Notes under the pieces: model-generated
Told to the model about the DNA's origin: nothing
The model's input: only the letters and a program-made list of their open reading frames with translations
The model's database searches: none
Shown: positions 60,854 through 64,000 of the stretch, piece by piece
Layout of the letters: every line of letters starts with the position of its first letter
Numbering within the stretch: position 1 is the first letter of the stretch
Translations under genes and position numbers: made by a program
Source: Flavobacteriales bacterium
GTDB lineage: Bacteria; Bacteroidota; Bacteroidia; CAIKAF01
NCBI GenBank assembly: GCA_025055635.1
Contig: JANWWQ010000001.1
Coordinates: 61,768 to 125,767 of the forward strand
Direction: 5' to 3'
Length of the DNA: 64,000 bases

Positions 60854-62293
60854 TTATTTTGAGTGATAAGAAGATAAATGCAAGATGGCAAAAGTAATTA
60901 GCCCATTAATGAGCAACAGCTCGTAACCAAAATGGTAGCCCCCCAGCCAGTGCGAGCCATAAAAATCCAACAAAGCCGTGACCGCTGGCCCTATAAGACT
61001 GATCCAGGGTACCCATTTATCGGGGAGGGAACGCCCCATGAGCAATCCATAAAAAAACAAGCCTAGCAAAGGACCGTAAGTGTATCCAGCCGATTTTAAT
61101 ATAACATCAATCAGAGACCTGTCTGCAAAGCGGCGGGCCACCAGAATGATGGCCGCAAAAAGCAAGGAAAATCCTAGATGTACAAGTGTCTTTATGCGTT
61201 GTTTGCGTCGTTCGTCAGTTAGGCCACGAAAGCCCAACACATCAACACAAAAGGAGGTAGTAAGAGCGGCCAGGGCTGAGTCGGCGCTTGCATACGAAGA
61301 AGCCGTAATGCCAAGGAAGAAAAACACCGATGCCCAAAGACCTAGGTGATTTAAAGCTAGAGTAGGAAAAACTTCGTCCGCCGCAGGTGGTAAGAGGATT
61401 TGGCGCTTGGCAGCTAATTCATACATCAGCCCCCCCAACAACAAAAAGACCAGATTGACAAATACCAATAGGATGGTGAAGGAGAACATATTTTTCTGTG
61501 CATCACGGACGGTGCGGCAGGTTAGATTTTTCTGCATGAGATCCTGATCCAGGCCGGTCATGGCGATGGTGATGAACATCCCCCCAATAAATTGTTTTGG
61601 GAAAAATACAGGGCTTTTAAAGTTTTCAAATTCCCACCAGGAATGTAAACAAAAGGCAGCCCTAAGGCTATCCTCAGGTGCTCCCAGTTGACGGGCTATG
61701 CTCCACAGACATAGAGCGGCGCCTCCCACCAGGAATGCGGTTTGAAAAGTATCCGTAAAAACGATGGTTTTGATACCTCCCCGAAATGTATAAAGCCAAA
61801 TCAAAACCAGCGCAAAGACCACCGTGAGCTCAAAAGGGATGCCCCAAGCTGAGAAAATGAACACCTGGAGCACTCCTGCCGTCAGCATTAGTCGTAAAGC
61901 TGAGCCCAGGGTCCTCGAAAGCATAAAATAAAACACCCCCGTTTTGTAGGTGACACGACCAAAGCGTTGTAGCAGATATTCGTAAATAGAAATAACACCA
62001 AGCCGGTAGTAAAGAGGCATTAGAACTGTGGCCACAACCACATATCCCACTACATAGCCCAGAACCACCTGGAAATAGGTGTAGCCCGTACGGGCCACCT
62101 GGCCAGGTACGGAAATAAATGTAACCCCTGAAATGGAGGCCCCTATCATTCCGAAGGCCACTAGCATCCAGGGCGCCGAATGGCGGGCAGTGAAAAAAGT
62201 GTCCGTATCGGCATGGCGACCTGTGTGCCAAGCAATAATTATTAGTATTAGGAAATAAGCGCCCAAAAGGGCGAAGGCCAGCCAGGGTGTCAT
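60854..62293 (-). CDS. Sodium:solute symporter (SSS) family transporter
   Basis: 479 aa with ~13 TM helices. The N-terminus ...HTGRHADTDTFFTARHSAPWMLVAFGMIGASISGVTFISVPGQV... is typical of SSS transporters. The start overlaps the dipeptidase stop (ATGA). Confidence 0.75.
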   Translation of the reverse strand: MTPWLAFALLGAYFLILIIIAWHTGRHADTDTFFTARHSAPWMLVAFGMIGASISGVTFISVPGQVARTGYTYFQVVLGYVVGYVVVATVLMPLYYRLGVISIYEYLLQRFGRVTYKTGVFYFMLSRTLGSALRLMLTAGVLQVFIFSAWGIPFELTVVFALVLIWLYTFRGGIKTIVFTDTFQTAFLVGGAALCLWSIARQLGAPEDSLRAAFCLHSWWEFENFKSPVFFPKQFIGGMFITIAMTGLDQDLMQKNLTCRTVRDAQKNMFSFTILLVFVNLVFLLLGGLMYELAAKRQILLPPAADEVFPTLALNHLGLWASVFFFLGITASSYASADSALAALTTSFCVDVLGFRGLTDERRKQRIKTLVHLGFSLLFAAIILVARRFADRSLIDVILKSAGYTYGPLLGLFFYGLLMGRSLPDKWVPWISLIGPAVTALLDFYGSHWLGGYHFGYELLLINGLITFAILHLSSYHSK

Positions 62294-63072
62294 GGAATAA
62301 TTTTAAATTTTTCTAACGCCGTCTGGCGGGAAACGGCATTAAAGTGCCACCATTCATGAGGAATAGGATGAAATCCTGATGCCACCATGACACGGCGTAA
62401 GATTCTTCGGTTTTTCAAGATGGAATCACTCAGAAGGCCTTGAGCTCTGAGATTTTCTTCCATTACGGGCTGGGCTTCGGGGCCAAAATGATCAAAATCG
62501 GTGCCCATGTCTAAAGCGCGTCCCAGGGAGTCAGCCAGTGTTAAATCCACGGCCAACCCGAAGTTATGTACCGATCCCCACCTGGGATTGCTGACATATT
62601 TGCCCTTTTCAAGGCGCGGTACTTTTAACCCTTGCCAAAGGCTATGTTGTACGCTAAGTGGACGGGCACAATCCCAAATGAGCAGCCTCAGGCCAGGATA
62701 TTCCCGAGCCAACATTTGCACGGCTTTCTTCAAACGGCTGGCAGCCAAGGGATGTAAATAACACCGGGAGAGTCCTACATAAAGGGGACGACCAGCGAAA
62801 TTATTGCTGTCTGCATAACGCAGGTCCACAAAGACATCTAAACCCTCTTGCTGAACGTCCACCAAACCGAAGGATTGCATAACCGAATCTAAGTTGAAAG
62901 AAAAAGGGCCTTTGTCCTTGGACCTTTCGGCCTCTGAGATCAGTACCCTTGAGCAGGAGGCGCCTAACATATTTGTACTAGGAAGAATAAGTTTTTTCTC
63001 CTCTTTCTGACATCCTTGAAAGCTCCAAGCCGTGCAGACCAACCACATTGTGTGAATCAGGCGGCTCATCAA
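62290..63072 (-). CDS. ddpX: D-alanyl-D-alanine dipeptidase (M15D, VanX/DdpX family), lipoprotein
   Basis: VDLRYADSNNFAGRPLY, LLIWDCARPLSVQHSLW, GSVHNFGLAVDLTLAD, DMGTDFDHFGPEAQ and SGFHPIPHEWWHFNA each match the corresponding block in E. coli DdpX/VanX. A signal peptide with a Cys (QGC) is present. Confidence 0.88.
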   Translation of the reverse strand: MMSRLIHTMWLVCTAWSFQGCQKEEKKLILPSTNMLGASCSRVLISEAERSKDKGPFSFNLDSVMQSFGLVDVQQEGLDVFVDLRYADSNNFAGRPLYVGLSRCYLHPLAASRLKKAVQMLAREYPGLRLLIWDCARPLSVQHSLWQGLKVPRLEKGKYVSNPRWGSVHNFGLAVDLTLADSLGRALDMGTDFDHFGPEAQPVMEENLRAQGLLSDSILKNRRILRRVMVASGFHPIPHEWWHFNAVSRQTALEKFKIIP

Positions 63073-63146
63073 GGGGGCAAAGTTGCATTTCCGTAATTAA
63101 AAGGATTTTGGAAATTATGAAGTTTAAACCAGGGAAAGAAAAGCCG

Positions 63147-64000
63147 TTAGGAAAGAGGATGATGCTTCTCTTCCAGGTATCGTGCTGATGCATTGCACAA
63201 GGCAATCAGGGCAATGAGGCATAGGGTGGGAAAGAGGGAGAGCCACCAGGCTTCTGGGGCCTGGCGGGCCATCATTAGCTGACGCCCCCATGTAATTTGG
63301 TCTTGAGGGAGTCCCAAGCCCAGGAAAGACAGGGAAGCCTCAGCCAAAATGATACCTGCCACGCCATTGGCAATAGCCACAGCCACAGGCCCGCCCGTAT
63401 TCGGAATGATATGGCGGAACAAGATGCGCCAGGGCGAATATCCCAGAGCCTTGGCCGCTAACACATAATCCTTTTGGGTTTCAGAAATTAAGGTATTGCG
63501 GTACAAGCGAGCTAGCGAAGGCCACCACAGAAGGCCAATAAGCAGTACCACTCCCCACCATCCCGGCTGCAGCACAGAAGCCAAAGCCACAAGTACGAGC
63601 AAACGGGGAAAAGCTGTAAAAGCCTCCGCAAGGCGCACCACCAGCGTATCTAACGGGAAGCCAATAAGGCGTGGATTACGAACCAATAAGTAATTCAGCT
63701 TGGTCGCTATCCAGGTACCGCTCATCACCACGCCTATGAAGATGCAAATACCGGCTAGTAAATAAAAGGCCAAGACCGGACCCCCTTGACGAAAAGCCTC
63801 CTGCCATGCCGGTTCCCATACCGTGAACCCCCAAAACCAACCCACTAGGACCCAAAGAGGAAGTGTTAGCACTGCAAACCAAGGCAAAAGGATCCCATTA
63901 TTTCCCCAAAATCCGGCGGCACCACCGAGCAGCACCCCGAGAACTAAAGCAATTGACAAAGCACTTACCGCAATACCAAGCCCTGTGTTTAGGCCTGCCA
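63147..64000 (-). CDS. ABC transporter permease, DppC/OppC-like (peptide/nickel family); N-terminus beyond window end
   Basis: An EAA-loop region (...ILAEASLSFLGLGLPQD...) and 5+ TM helices. The ORF stays open upstream of the TTG at 63959 to the window edge, so the true start is outside the window. Confidence 0.75.
   Translation of the reverse strand, partial: AGLNTGLGIAVSALSIALVLGVLLGGAAGFWGNNGILLPWFAVLTLPLWVLVGWFWGFTVWEPAWQEAFRQGGPVLAFYLLAGICIFIGVVMSGTWIATKLNYLLVRNPRLIGFPLDTLVVRLAEAFTAFPRLLVLVALASVLQPGWWGVVLLIGLLWWPSLARLYRNTLISETQKDYVLAAKALGYSPWRILFRHIIPNTGGPVAVAIANGVAGIILAEASLSFLGLGLPQDQITWGRQLMMARQAPEAWWLSLFPTLCLIALIALCNASARYLEEKHHPLS

Overview
This is a chromosomal window from a member of the Bacteroidota (Bacteroidetes). 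It is about 50% GC with several AT-rich spacers, and gene content and order are typical of the phylum. It opens with the conserved minus-strand block tRNA-Thr/Gly/Tyr/Thr – tuf – tRNA-Trp – secE – nusG – rplK – rplA – rplJ – rplL – rpoB – rpoC, with rpoC truncated at the window start. Next come a cell-surface cluster (an NlpC/P60 peptidase, a beta-helix protein, and an 8.2-kb gene for a 2741-aa T9SS-type adhesin built from about 24 tandem 84-aa modules) and housekeeping and redox genes (bshB1, an SDR, acyl-CoA dehydrogenase, a GT2, apbE, an NqrM-like gene, methylmalonyl-CoA epimerase, tlpA, tig-clpP-clpX, two Nudix genes, an FNR–ferredoxin pair, purF, aroQ, xerD, an FMO, tsaE, phoD). The window ends with a long translationally coupled minus-strand operon: ABC permease – D-Ala-D-Ala dipeptidase – Na/solute symporter – two uncharacterised proteins – outer-membrane beta-barrel – EamA. 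Six tRNAs are annotated, plus a second T9SS cargo gene with a type-A C-terminal domain. I see no CRISPR array, recognisable transposase or obvious defence island. The points most worth follow-up are the repeat-rich giant adhesin, the unusual dipeptidase/transporter/DUF operon at 55–64 kb, a 1.2-kb decayed stretch (46 kb) carrying a frameshifted SGNH-hydrolase fragment, and two ~600-bp AT-rich convergent spacers (39.4 and 49.8 kb) with internal repeats and no ORFs. All calls rest on reading the translated ORFs and the DNA by eye; no database search was run.
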